Assembly (NCBI GenBank): GCA_036172245.1
Contig: JAYWIR010000019.1
Location: forward strand, 1,178,001-1,242,000
DNA length: 64,000 nucleotides
From: Raillietiella orientalis
Taxonomy: Eukaryota
Direction: 5' to 3'
In this document: positions 37,701 through 50,705 of the stretch, one piece after another
How the letters are laid out: each line of letters begins with the position of its first letter
Numbering within the stretch: position 1 is the stretch's first letter
Position numbers and translations under genes: made by a program
Notes under the pieces: model-generated
Seen by the model: only the letters and a program-made list of their open reading frames with translations
Databases searched by the model: none
Told to the model about the DNA's origin: nothing

Positions 37701-38699
37701 GTATGCATGCCAGCGAAACTGCGTAGAAGAAGTGGCTGATGTAGTGTGCGAAGAAGCAGATAGCGGTTCTACCACTTTGCTCCTGTGGAGTGCTGTACTG
37801 GTCCAGCGATTCCGAGATTCCCTTCTCAGCCGAGTGCGTTTCAGAAGAGCTCCGCCGTCTTCGCACGATGAGTGCTCGACCGAACCACAGGGTTGACGCA
37901 CGCATCTGAATCTCTCTCCTCTGATCCGGAGTCACTTCCGCGTGAACGCTTTCTACAAAGGAGACACTTTTCACACCTTTCGCTGTCCCCGGATTGCTTT
38001 CTGCACATTCCGTTGCACAACCACGAAACCGAACGCCATGCGGCTGTGCTAAGTCTCCTTTGAAGTGGTCTTCCTTAGAGGTCATGCTAAATCTCAATCT
38101 CAAGCGCCATGCTCAGACAATCAGCTAACATCTGCCCGTCCTTGTGCATTCCTTCTGGGGAGCTGCGTCTCCACGAAGTCGTTTTTCTTCTCCCGTGGTC
38201 ACTCCCCTCAGAAAAAAAAAAAAAAAAAAGAAATCCTCGTGGCGTGAAAGGAACTTCATGCTGGTTTGCAGTAAAATTTCGCAAAGCTTCCTCCAAGTGA
38301 ATCACAGTGGTGACTTGGAAGTGGAGGGTGCTGTTGGAACACGCCGACTTTGAACAGGAGATCGAATGCCGCGAACTTGGACCCGCAGTGTGCTGTTACG
38401 ATAGAGGTGCGTTTCCCTGACAGCAGGCACAGTATCAATCCCTTTTGGAGGGGATGAAGTCTCATTCATGAAGAGTGGGGACGGCATCAGTGGAGGCAGA
38501 GTGCATAGCAGTTCTCCACGTCCACCCTTGAACGCAGTCACCAGGCACGGCGCCGCCACAACGTGTCCCATTGAGAACTACAACTGCGGCGCGCAGCTGC
38601 GCTGACCAGGGAGAACACCTGGATCTCCTGCCTTCCCACGAACGGTAGTGCCTGGTTTCCGAAAACCGCGCTCACGTGAGCGAAGATCAACGAGCTGGG

Positions 38700-39690
38700 A
38701 CCGGAATTACGGCAGCGACTGCCGTACTTCTTCTACAACCGCTGCTCGCTTCAGGAGATCATCGTGCATCCCTACAAGTGTGCGTGGGCAGGACAAACTT
38801 CCCTTGCCGCGGCGCTGCCTTCCCAGAGGATGCATTCTGGCAGCAGCAACCTACCGGCGAAATGGGAAGTCTTCTGCGAAATTTTCTTTAGAAGCAGGAC
38901 GCTTACTCGCAGGAACACGGGCCAGCTAACGGATGCTACGACCCCAAATCTTCAGCCGAAAGTACTTGAGCGTTGGGGAGAGCTGCTAAGCCTTCCCTGT
39001 GAGGATGTCGAGCAGCCCCCATCGCTCCTGAACAACCGCACCTCCCTCTCGAGTGGCAGGAGTCGGCGCTTCTGCTGTTGCACTGGAGCCTTCCATGCAG
39101 CGTGCGCCGATATCACTGGCCCCGGGGTTCTGTGGATCGGAATTGCAGCAGGTGCAGGGAACATGGAACCCTCCCACACCTGGCTGTGCACCGTGTTGCC
39201 CTGCGACCTCTTTGCAGTGACGACCTTTCGCGCCCGAAATGGCAGCCCCAGGGACGCACTGAGACCCCTGTTCGAGACGCATCGAGTCCGACCGCATCCC
39301 TAGCAGCGCTCTGCTACCCACTCGGGAGTGTGGCGGCGTGAAGCGATGCCAGTGGAGGAGGAAGCGGCAGGGACGTCACCCACTTCACCCTACGTTTATT
39401 GCGGAGGGCAACGAGAGTCCCACCTAGAAAATACCAGAGAAGAACTTGCCAACATCCTGGAAAGGATTCAGAGGACGGCCTCCAGCAGGCTAATTTTTAA
39501 TATTTATAGACATATTTTTTTATCCTTTTTCTTTTTTCCATCCTTTATGCTGTCCAAGCCATCCTCTCCAGTCTGCTCTCCGGAAGCCCGGCTAACTGTG
39601 TAAATGACGGAAGTTAATGGGACCAATGGCTCCGTCATATTGTGATGTGTATTGATTCAATTAAACGCTCCGGGGATCCCGGGTGGAAAT
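38700..39690 (+). mobile_element. Decayed L1/Tx1-like 3' fragment with 3'UTR
   Basis: LERWGELLSLPCEDVE, LHWSLPCSVRRYHW, CSRCREHGTLPHL, SPRDALRPLF and ELANILERI; ATTAAA plus terminal hairpin at 39660-39685. Confidence 0.85.
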
Positions 39691-40769
39691 CGAGGTGGTC
39701 TCGGAGAGTGGTAGTGAAAACGGATGCGAATGTAGGTTTAGATGCAAACGGGTGTATGACCGCCTCAGGCAATAGGCTTCATTTGCAAATGAGAACCGGT
39801 CAACTTTTTCGGGTGCTGGTCAGCTGGGAAGCGATGCGCCTACACAGAGCTCCTGAACTATCCATCTCACCATTCATAAGACGAGTTCGAAATCCAGTAG
39901 CTTTGACCACATCTGTTTCTGGGGTGAGTAGGTTCGCCCACGCTTGTTGCAGCTCGCCGCCTAGTCAAGGTGCCGGTAGTCAGATTTGAATAGGCAAACG
40001 CGTATGAAAACATAAAGCGTAAATGCATAACCGAGGGGAATTGAAGACGAAAAGAGTCGCAGATTGCGCCGAATAGCTGATCTGTTTCATCCACGAAGAG
40101 AGGACCGGCACGATCGGAGTGATCGAGAAAACAAGGAAGAAAGGAAATCGGAAGAAAACTTGCCCAGAGGACCTTTAGAAATGCTGATTGCAGAAACCAA
40201 GGATGACTGAGTGCGTGTCTAATTGCACCACCATTGGGGAAGACAGTAGAAGGATAAGGTCACTGTAAGACCGTCCCGCAAACATTTTCATCTACACCCG
40301 GTCGAACCGAGGCGTATCCTGTGTAACCACATTTTTGCCAATGAGCACCGGACAAAAAGAAGTAAATAAATAAAACCAAAGATAATACAAAAATACCAGC
40401 ATTCGTGGTGGATCTGCTCGTTGCGCTGCACCCTTTGGGTCACTGCTGGAACGCGCTCGACCCAGATAGATGCGCTCCAGAAGAAACGACAGGCAAGTCA
40501 ATCAGAGGAAAAGAAAAGAAAAGAAATGCCTTTGAATCGGTTGCCCCCCCTCTTCCGCCCCGTTTTTTGGAGTGTTTTGCCCGCTTCCTCCTTTCGGAGG
40601 AGATATGAGGGCAGCGTCTCCTGAGGAAAACCCTGTAGGGCTCTGAGTGACCCCAAATTCTTCTGGAAGGGCACAGTGGCAAGTCCCACACACCGGAATC
40701 GCCAACGGTCAGAAATCCCGAAGAAGCATGAAAAATGAACACCCACGCTTACTCTACATCGATCAGTTT

Positions 40770-41810
40770 GCAAATTTATTTTCATTTACACAGTTATTCA
40801 TATTTATTAACATACACATTATTAACAGCAATATGGATGTAACCTATATATTTATTAAGATTGATTAACATACACTTTATAAACTTATTACGTTTTATTA
40901 ATACATGCAACGCACGGTTCATCGTATTACTGACATGTATGTAAAAAGATCATAAAAAATACATGCACATGGTTATTGTACATTCAGCACGTTTTCTTTT
41001 GGCTTTCTTGAATGTTTCCTTTTTTAATCTTTTCCACCATTTTTAATTATCACAGTTATTACTCATTTTCTGGAATTCGATTCTCGTGTGTTCATTAATT
41101 ATCCATTTATTTTACATATAAACATATGTATGTAAATATAAATTCATTCGTTCGTACACACACATAAGTATATGTGTGAATAGAAATACATATATCTATG
41201 TATGTGTACAAATACAAATATAGAAACATAATGTGTATAATTCATATATAAATATAATTCCATGTATATATATGCAAGTAGTTTTATACTTATATATATA
41301 TATCTGTCAGTATACATATATTCGTGTGTGTGTGTGTGAGTGTGTGCACATCTCTATATACATATATATATGCACGTCCATCTTTATATGCGCATATATA
41401 TATTCATATTATCTATATATATAAATATAATAAACATACATGCTTAGTTTTAACAATCATGAGATTAATATATAGACTAATGCATAGTATAAAACATCGT
41501 GATTATAAAGAATCACATTTTATAATCTATATCTTCATCTTTATGTAAGCATATATGGATATATATCATGAGTATACGTATTTATTCGTAATCTTTCACA
41601 TAACTATCCATAATATAATCAACATATAAATTATATGAGCGAAAATCATGTTAACAAACCCTATGTTAATGTATGTTAAAATAATATTACCATGAATAAT
41701 GCATACGTTAACAATAATAATGACCATTTATGTTGAAATGCATCTCTATATTCAACTATTTAGAATGTGCGTAAATGTTTGATTTTTATAATCTTTCGGG
41801 ACTCTCACCG
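40770..41810. repeat. AT-rich low-complexity island with degenerate (TA)n/(TG)n microsatellites
   Basis: Runs such as tatatatatatat and gtgtgtgtgtgtgtg, with very low GC relative to the flanks. Confidence 0.85.
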
Positions 41811-43364
41811 TTGAGGATTTCGGCGTTCGAAATTTTGATGGTCACCACGTCTGAAAGACTTGGTGGCGCCGCTCCAGGATGCTGGCTCGGGCATCCTGGC
41901 GCTCGAGAAGGAGGTACCATCATGAGTCCCGGCACGCAAAGGAAACGTGCCCGGGACTCTTGGTACGGAAAAAAGGCCGAGGAGATCCGCAACCTGTTGG
42001 GACAAAAGAGGCGCATCGAAAGCGGAGGTTCTGTGGCCAGCAGCGCCCCCAAGACAGGCGGAACGGCTGCGACCCTGGGTGCGCCCATGCCTCGGGCAGC
42101 AGAGTCCAAAGGTGAGAAACGCGACGGGAAAGGCAGCGCGCATCCGCGCAGCACCGCAACCTCGCGCGAGGGGCAGGAGCGATGACGCGGCCTCGAGGCT
42201 ACCAACCCTCGCGCGGTCCTTACCGAGGTGCAGGAACCTCACGCGACGGATGCTGGGGCGAGATATCAAGGCATCCGGGGCGACCGAGGTTCGAGGCCAC
42301 TGTCTTCGCCGCGCACGCAGGCAAAGAAGGAGTTCCGCCAACGCCGCAAAGGCAGCGCCGCACCCGACCGGGCTCGCGGACGGAGCGCCCCCTCGCGGCT
42401 GTGGGGGAACGTTGCACCCGAGCGCGGCGGCTGTTGCCATGGATGAAGCGCCTTCTAATAAAGCAGACGGCAACCGCCAAAGACTTCTGGAGAGAGATCG
42501 ACGGTGAGAAGAGGGAAGTACGGAAGAAGGGTTACCTCAACTCCCCATTCCAAAGTCAGTTGGACCGAAGAAAACCATAGCGTAAAAGATAGCGCACAAA
42601 AAGTCTTCGGTGCCGGTTCCGTGCTCCGTTGTGATTAAGAGCGAGCTGGTCGCGGCCGCTGTTGTGAAAAAGCTTACTCCGAAAGATGTTAACGCTGAGA
42701 AAATCGCCGGAGCCCAGCGACCTCGGAAACACGCTAAACGTCTCTTCTGAGCTCGGTAGTCGGACTCCGACCAGCTGACCGTTTCCTTGTTTGGGCAGCG
42801 CGCCCCTCGTGAGAAAACTCGAGAGCTCCTGGCCAACCGCGCGCAGGAGCAAGCCTCTTTCTTGCAACACGGCTGAGACGGTCTCAGGCGCTGAGATGAC
42901 CCTCGCCTCTGAGGCATCGGCGGCGAGGCACCACGGACACAAATTTGACTCTCAAACCAGCCACGCTTCCTGGTGACCTCCACTCGTCTGGCGTAGCGAG
43001 AAACACGCAGCAACCTTCGCAGAAGCAGTGCGAGGAATCGCCTCCTTCCGTCCACCTCGGTGTTGAATGTTGGGTTGTCAACAGGTTGCACGAAGACGAG
43101 TAAGAGGCGCGGCGTCCATGACGTTCCCTGCTGATTCGATTTGGCGTTCCTGCGGGAGATTCATACCACCTCCGATCAGCAGATTGAACAAAGCGTAGAC
43201 GGGATGCTACACTGGCCGGGGAGACGCAGCACGTACATGTGGAGTCGCGTTCCTCGTCCACTGCAAAATTGCGGGAGCCGTGCGCAGCGTTCGGCCTAGG
43301 AAGGACGAGTCGGTCAACTTGTCCTCCAGTGGTTCGGTTCGATCGATCTCGTTTCGACGAACGT

Positions 43365-44700
43365 TCACGCGCCGAGCAGCTTTCGTCGGCTCATTGAAAG
43401 GATGGAATCCTTCGGCATTCTAGAAAGCCCGAGCACGTACAAAACGCCAGTGAATCCCATCTCTACTCTCAATCCCCAGCCCCAAGGTGGCGCATCCCGC
43501 TGCAAGGAACTCCACCGTGCACCCTGCTTCTCAAAGAGAGCAGATCTCCAGTAGAAGAATCGCGACTGAACGAGATATGCGTCTCCGTGCACGCGCGGAA
43601 CTTGCTCGCCAGCGAACCTTGGATGGAAAAGTCGCAGGACAACATCTGCCTCGATAGGCATCTGCTCTCGAGAGCAGGGAAGAGTGGGAGAGTGCTGTCC
43701 GCCTTTCGGACTACTCTAGGCTGAAGTTTGAGCCTCTCTGTCCCGGCAAAGGCCTTCGAACGTTTGGAGGAGGTCAGCAGACTGACCTGGCCATCCAGCG
43801 GCGGAAGAGCACCTCCGTCAGTACCTCCGCGGCTCTGTCATACGAGAACTCGCGGACTGGGATGATCCAGAAAGATTTGTCGGCGAGTTCTGCTTCCGGT
43901 TCCCCTGGCACCTGCTTCCGGACGGCTTCTGGCCAGCAGCAGAGCTTTTTTTCAGATCCGAACTTTCCCCAGGAGTGAGGATGTTCGGCACACCTTGCAA
44001 AGTACAAGGCGAAGGCCGAGTACCAGATCTGGCACTCTGGAGCGATTTACCTGCTCGATAACCAGGGTCAGGAATGCTCGGCTCCATCTGACGTTTTTTA
44101 CCCGGATGTGCCAGGGTATTTCTTATAAAACTAACAGATCTGCATTTTGTGCGTGTGTGAAGCAGATGTCTCGGTTCCACCACATTCTAATAAAAAAAAT
44201 GGAAACTGCCGAAATGCGGGTGCACAGACCGACGAGGTCCGCTTCAGCAGCGAAGGTGAAGGGATAAAACAAAACAAGAAAAAAGGAATAAGAAATATTT
44301 TCCGTTAGGAGAGGGAAATTGGGGAAGGTATCACTGTTCGCTGCCAGGAGCATTCAACGTCTTGTTTAGGCTGTTAGTAAGTTCAGTTCGGTTGTTGCCC
44401 AAGACGAAGATGCTCCCCATCTTGCGTAGATCCTCACGAGGATTTTTGCACAGTGGAAGGCATCCTTTCCATTTTTGTCCTCTTCTTGTGATATTTCAGG
44501 ATGCTATCATCCCGCATAGGCAGCAAGGAGCTAAGCTGCCAGGTACGTGGCTCGTAGCAGATCATCAAGCACTACGAGGCGTTTTACAATGTCCTTGGGG
44601 TTGCTCTACGTGAACAGGAGGGTCGTCAATTGACGCTCACACAGGGGCCAGAGGCAGCAGTCAAGAAGCAGGCGCAGGAAAGCCTACTTTTCTCTGCACC
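43365..44700 (-). mobile_element. Two stacked decayed LINE 3' fragments
   Basis: The 3'UTR of the upstream copy lies at 44095-44330 (pyrimidine tract, hairpins, terminal TACCCTGG-CACAT-CCGGGTA-AAAAA). The downstream copy has HPHSWGKF and DVVLRLF remnants. Confidence 0.6.
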
Positions 44701-45299
44701 TGGCAAAGTTCAGATCCATGCTATTTGTTCCATTCTCAAAATGTCATAATACGTGTGTTTGTTCATTTAAGTTTTCCTGAGAATGGAAAACTTCCAGTTG
44801 GTTTTTTTTTTTTTTCTGGTGGATCTCTTGCTCCATATTCTAGAAGCACAAACTCTGAAGCCGTCATTTATAAATTACTTTTATTTGATCTTCAATTGGA
44901 GAAGATAGCAATATTTCATCTCTTCGTTTTGCAAGAAAACCACTCAAGAGATCGGACTGCAGGTGCAGTTTCGACTTCTGTTCCTGTGTGGCGAATTGTG
45001 GACTTGCCACTGGTGTGGACCCTCACGTCTTATCCTGCTGCATTGCGCAGGCCACGAAGAACTCGCTTTCATGATACCACGCGGTCCCTCAAAGAGGGAA
45101 CGGTACGGATATGTCCTGAGGTGAATCACCTCAACGTTGCAGTGTAATCTCTGGATTTAGTGCCGTCCTAGCAACTTCAATGCTTGACTGCAAGGGACCG
45201 TAAAATCTTGGACTCCCACCTTCCAGGTGACTTCAGAAAAACTTGCTGCTCTGAAGAATCTGCGCAGCGTTCCCTTGGAAATGCTGCTGAGGACTCCAG

Positions 45300-46050
45300 G
45301 AAATAATCCAGACTGGCCATCACATCCTACGCTTTAGCGCGGTCTGTCCTCGGGGCAAGCAACAACAGTGGCCACTTGGTATGTTGGGAGTCCTCTTGCA
45401 GCACTGCGGAAGTCATGAAGCTCAAAGACGGCCGGAGGACGAGTGAGCTTGTAGACGCTGCAGCTCCACTATTTACGGCCAAAGGACTGCTTCCTTGGGG
45501 AGAACTTCTCGGTGTCTGCCGCAGAGCTGTTGGTTCCTGCCTTTTCTCGGGACTCTTCGATTCTCCCCCTCAAAAGGAAGCACCAGGTGTGCTCTTCCTG
45601 CACGGGATTCCAATTATAAAGAGCTTCTACACTTCGCTTCCAAGGAAGCTCCATTCTCGAATTGTTACAGGTTCCGGGATCGCCGAATTGCTTTCTCACC
45701 TTGCTACTGGACTGCGATGCCTTCCAGAAACTGAGCCAAAATCCGGCTTCAGAACCGCTGCATACGGAGGACACAGAGAGGGAACATCTGAGGAACCTCT
45801 TTGCACTCAGTGGTCTCCCCTGTGGACAGGGGATCGCAATATCGGGTCGGGCGCTCGTCTCATCCTGCAACTACGCTTGCAGCAGCGGGAAGTCTCCCTC
45901 CTTGCAGCCACCTCGTCAAGGACTGCAGAGAGATGGTTTCACTTGCCTCAAAAGCTACCTAGCCAATGCCAAATACCCTGGTCTCCTCCCTTACTATCTT
46001 TACTTATTTATTGTCCCCTTCTTTTCGTTTCGGACTCTGCTTGTCCGACC
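45300..46050 (+). mobile_element. Decayed L1/Tx1-like 3' fragment
   Basis: SELVDAAAP...LLPWGELLGV, VLFLHG, ELLSHL and LLLDCDAFQKL remnants followed by a pyrimidine tract. Confidence 0.7.
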
Positions 46051-47761
46051 TATATGTCAATGAACCTTTCTAGCAGACTCTCATTTGTTTCCCTTGGTAA
46101 CTCATCTTCCAAGTTTTTAAAAGTTCATTATTCAAGGATGAAACGCCTCCTGTGTGACTGGGTGAAAAAGGAGGTGAAGGAAGGGATACTAACAGCCTTT
46201 CGGGAGTCCTCTGAATTTTATTAGCAACGAGTTTCTCCATGCAATACCACAGGTGGATCCACTTTTGTGTGAAACTGAGGAAATAAGACATAAAAGCATT
46301 AGTGTGCCTCTCACTCTATCCCTTTCAGCAAAGCTTCTTCAGCCAAAATTCAATGGGAGCAACAGAGGACTGTACTTACCTCAGCAGGAAACATAGCACC
46401 TCACATGAAGAGGGACTTCAAAATGTCCTTCAGGCTGTCCATAGAAAGTTAGGGTGCCCAGGAAAAGCATTCTCACACACGTTACAGACTAACAAATTCA
46501 GCCCATAAGTACAGGAAGTCCACCTCACCTGGCACAGTTTGCGGCCACATTTAACCTGGTTTAGTAGTACTGACGTTGGTTTCAGCGGCGGTCATCTGTA
46601 CGGTGCACCCGCATGATGAGGCTCCGAGAAAAGGACAACATGAATTCTCTTTCGTACTGACATTCAGACAGTTGAGCTGGTGCTGAACGAGGTTTCAAAG
46701 ACTGAATTCCCTGACATCCTCCTGTCCTTGTAAGCGGGCCGTGGTGGCTAAAACGAACGACTCCTTTCTCTTGACACCCTTTCTTTCTCGACCCAGGAGA
46801 TTTCGCTAGAACGTTTTCTGAAGGTGATACACCAGTGAAATGGCAAGAGTGCAAACAGGATAAAGTCGAAGGTCGTTCCGGTAGATTCGGCATAGGAAAG
46901 CCATCTAGGCTGGATCCTCTTGTAGGGTCTTGTGGGCGGCATCATACCTTGATCTGAAGCTTGGAGACCCGTTTTGCAGAGGTTTGGTCCGTTTCCTTCG
47001 AGCAGTAAAAAATGCCGCTAGCATCGTTTTATGATGTCATGTTTTGTTTCTGGGAGGAGTTTCAATTTGGAACCTCTTCGTATTTCTGCAATGGATAAAG
47101 GAGTTTCCATCGCACGAGCTCGTAGCTGCCGTGGTCTTCTCGGAAGAAGATTATGGCTGCAGCGGGTGGTCTGAAGCTCGCACGCTTGCAGCCTCTTGTT
47201 TCCAGAAGGATTGCATTCGGTGGCGTGCGTTTCATGTGGGATGAACATCAGTCGCATCTACATGTCTAATATTCCTGCTGACAGTTGTCGTACTCCGAGG
47301 CAGCCCTCTCATTGGCCGGCACCAGTGTTCCTTCCAGTGACGCGCTATCAGCGCAAGTCTGTGAAAAGCAGTACTCTGGTTGCTGTGTCGTGAGGATGTC
47401 AATTTCCGTGTCCCGCCGGGGGGAGATTGACACTTGGCCATAGTGTCTTCAGGAAAGCTGCCGCTCTCTCTACGTGTCACTTTGAAGAGAAAACGCACAC
47501 TAACAGGAGGAAACGGAAAAGAAAGACCGCGAGGATGTTTCTAGCGGTCTTCCTCTCCGGCAGTAAGAGGTGTTTACGTTCAGACAGAGCTACCGCTTGC
47601 TCCGCGCGTTGCAGGCATGAGGTTTATGCAACTAGTGCATGCGCTGAACCTGCAAGCGCCCCACGTACTTCAGCGAAATATAGACTTGCATCCACAGGGG
47701 CATACATACCTTTTGTCTGTCACAGATCGCTCCTGCGCTGACAACCACGGACTTATGCCGG

Positions 47762-49680
47762 TCAACCTCCTTGCAGGCCTAGCGACCGAACAGGTTTCAA
47801 CTGCCTCTTTCGGGAGAAACATGGACAGGACTCTTCCTGTCCATGTTTCTCCTGTCTATGTTTCTCCTTTCCTGTCCAGTTGGTAATCATTGTAGGCGGC
47901 TGAGGCCTGAGGACTTGGACATGCGTAGCGAAGACCGTTTGTCTGTATCTTTCCATTACCATCTCGAAGTGCGGAAGAGAATCAGACCCGCGCTGTCTTT
48001 TTGCAGAATGCCGCGCCACGCCAGCACCTCGTATGCGTACCGCCCATTTCAAAAGCATGTTGACGAGACCGTCTCTCCATATTGGTGAAGATACGGGAGT
48101 AGATATTTCGGAAGTCTGAGGTGTGGCAGAAGTTCTAGGATGAGTTAGCGGTCTATGCAATCGAATCTTACGATTCGACGGCATATCTTTCGAGAAAGAT
48201 TGAAAGATATCCATCTTCCCTCGAAGCAGAGCGTTTAGCTCCATTTGACGCCCGCGTTCGTTAGCCAGAAGATCGTGTTCCCGTCGGAGACAGTTATCAG
48301 CAGCTCTATCCAAAATCGAAGCTCTTGGGGCCTTTTCGGGCTGGTTCAGTTCGGGTAGCAGGGCCCGTAATTTGTCGAAGGCGATACGAAGTTCTATGCG
48401 CCTCTGTCGTTCCAAGCTGTTATTAAACGGTGGCTTTTTCCGAGGTGCCTGCGCTGGACGCTGCACCACCTCCTCCCGGTTCTGTGTTCGTCCGGGAGCC
48501 AACAAGGAAGCTTGAGCTTGATGGAGACACACTTTCATTATTCTATCACCGTTCTCAGTAGGGAATTGGATAATGTGTGACGTTGCATTATCAGTCGAAA
48601 TGGTCTGCAAAGCAAGCTGTAGTTTTTTTCTTAAAAGTTCGTTCAGCTGTGAAAGTTTAATAGCACTTCTCTTATTAGAAAATACATACGTTTCGTCTTC
48701 TGAATCGGATGGAGTTGGCAACCCTTGGAATGCTTTCTCCTGGAATTATTATAGAATTGATCCAAGTGCATTGCATTGGGACTAGGCATTTTCGTTTCCT
48801 GAAGTACAGATTCGGAATCACACTCGGGTAAACTGGAAGGAGGACTGTCTGGGTAGGCGAACTCACTGTTGGGAGTACCAGCTGGATCAGCGAACTCGGA
48901 AGTTCTGTTTGGAAAAAGAACTTGATGGAAATCCTTCCTTTTCTGTCTTCGCAGCTCTTAAACGCTGTTCCACGCCATCCGAGGGTGCGCGTAACTCTTC
49001 GAGATAAGGGACAGCCCCATCCCCGCTCTATGAATCCAGTAAGGACTCGGAGTCCGTTCCTCTCACGCCTGGGGAGGGATCCCCGGAATGGAGATCAACA
49101 CCACCCTATTTGTCTGCGAAGGGGAACCCCAAAGAGTCTCTCCTTCTTTATCCTCTCCATTTTTTCTTCTCCGGAGAGAACCAGCAAGGGAACCGCTCCT
49201 GTTTACTCCTCTGAAGAGAACTCCGAAGGAACGCTTCCGAAATTCAGAAGGGCACTGCTTCCCCGAAGGGAGCGGGTACGCTTTCCTGCACTCCCTGGAG
49301 AGGTGGCTATACACCTACTCCATCAGTACAACGCGGAGAGTCCCCCCGGAATGGAGGTTCCGCTCCTTCACAAGCGTAGGGGAACTTCCTACTCCTTGAT
49401 TCCTGGAAGTACCCGGAGGGTCAACTTCTATTGTCCCGGCCCTCATCGGGGCATATGGTTTCAACCACTACCAGCGCCGCACCCGGATGAATGCAGAACA
49501 ACCAACGTCATCTTGAGGGAAGAACTCGGAACCCAACGACGTACTGCGTCGATTCAATTCGGAGTATTCGAACCCGCGACCCTTGGTGGTGCCACGCGCA
49601 GAGACCACCTTAACCAAACGGCCTCCGACACGGGAATACATGCATGGATCTCGAATCTTGCACAATTTCATATTTAATTT
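47762..49680 (-). pseudogene. Myc: Myc-family bHLH-ZIP gene, degenerate (probable retrocopy or divergent paralogue)
   Basis: ORF 47762-48721 has LPTPSDSEDETYVFS (Myc TPSDSEEEIDVV box) and NSLERQRRIELRIAFDKLRALLPELNQPEKAPRASILDRA plus a zipper. Other frames upstream carry YPDSPPSSL (~48845) and KIRDPCMYS (~49634-49660, MBII-like). Confidence 0.75.
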
Positions 49681-50705
49681 TTCGAGTTTTTGAGTTCCTA
49701 AGAATTGCAGTATACAAATGGATTTCTATGAAGACAAATCATCGTGGATCTTCCTTTTAAGACTATGCTTTCCCTTTTTTTCAATTACTCATTCAAACAG
49801 TTCGAGCCACTGGATGTCTTTTGCTCTACGACTCCAACGTGTCTGGCTGTTTGTCAAATAGGTTGAAACTCCAGTCGCGACTATAATTCGAAGTTGCATC
49901 GAAAACTTCACTGAGCAGCTTACTTCATACTAATACTGGATTGTTTACTTAGGTTTTAACACTTTCAAATAAAAAGTAGCGAAATTATCTAGGAATGAAC
50001 AGACAGAAGAATCTGCTTTGCAGCCAATCGTTGACAGAATCTGTGTGAAGGGGAAGGACCTACCACTGACCAGAAAACCCCAGAGCTTTAGTGTGATTTC
50101 CAAGTGTAGGTTATTTCCTCTTTTGTTGGGCTTCGTGGAGTTTTCCTTCGTACATCCGTCCATAATATCTGAAAGTGTACTGCAGTTTCAACCGTGTGAT
50201 CAAAGTCGGCACTTTCTGTAAACTCGATGTTTCCGTGGGAAGCTGCAAACCTGAATTCGGCTGTCTCGCCGCACCTCGACGTCTCAGGAGGTGCATCGGG
50301 CGCCATGGAAACCTCCCACTTTGCGACTGGAAGCTGCCCGGTGTGATTCATTTGGGTATGATTGCCATGCCCTGAAAGGTCAAGAAAATCTTTCGAACTT
50401 CCGCCACTCTAACACAAGCAGACTTGGTGAAACACGGCCGTTCGTAGATGTGGGAACTTTAGCCAAAGAAATGCTTTATAATCCGGGTAAACATGGGGGA
50501 TACTCATGGGCGTAAGTTGGCAGTTGGTGTTTTCTGTGGTCCTTTGATCCATATGAAATAGTTGAGGGTGTAAATCAGCCTGAGTTGCCGTATATTCTGT
50601 GTTGGTACATGTTTTTTTTTTTTTCCGTTCTATCCAAGGCGTAGAATTGAGCTTTCGGAGCAACATGCCAAGGTAGTTTAGAGAAAAGAGAGGGGATTCA
50701 CTACA

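Noticed and set aside
48922..49677. 251-aa plus-strand ORF
   Set aside because: Antisense shadow of the Myc-like region with no recognisable motifs.
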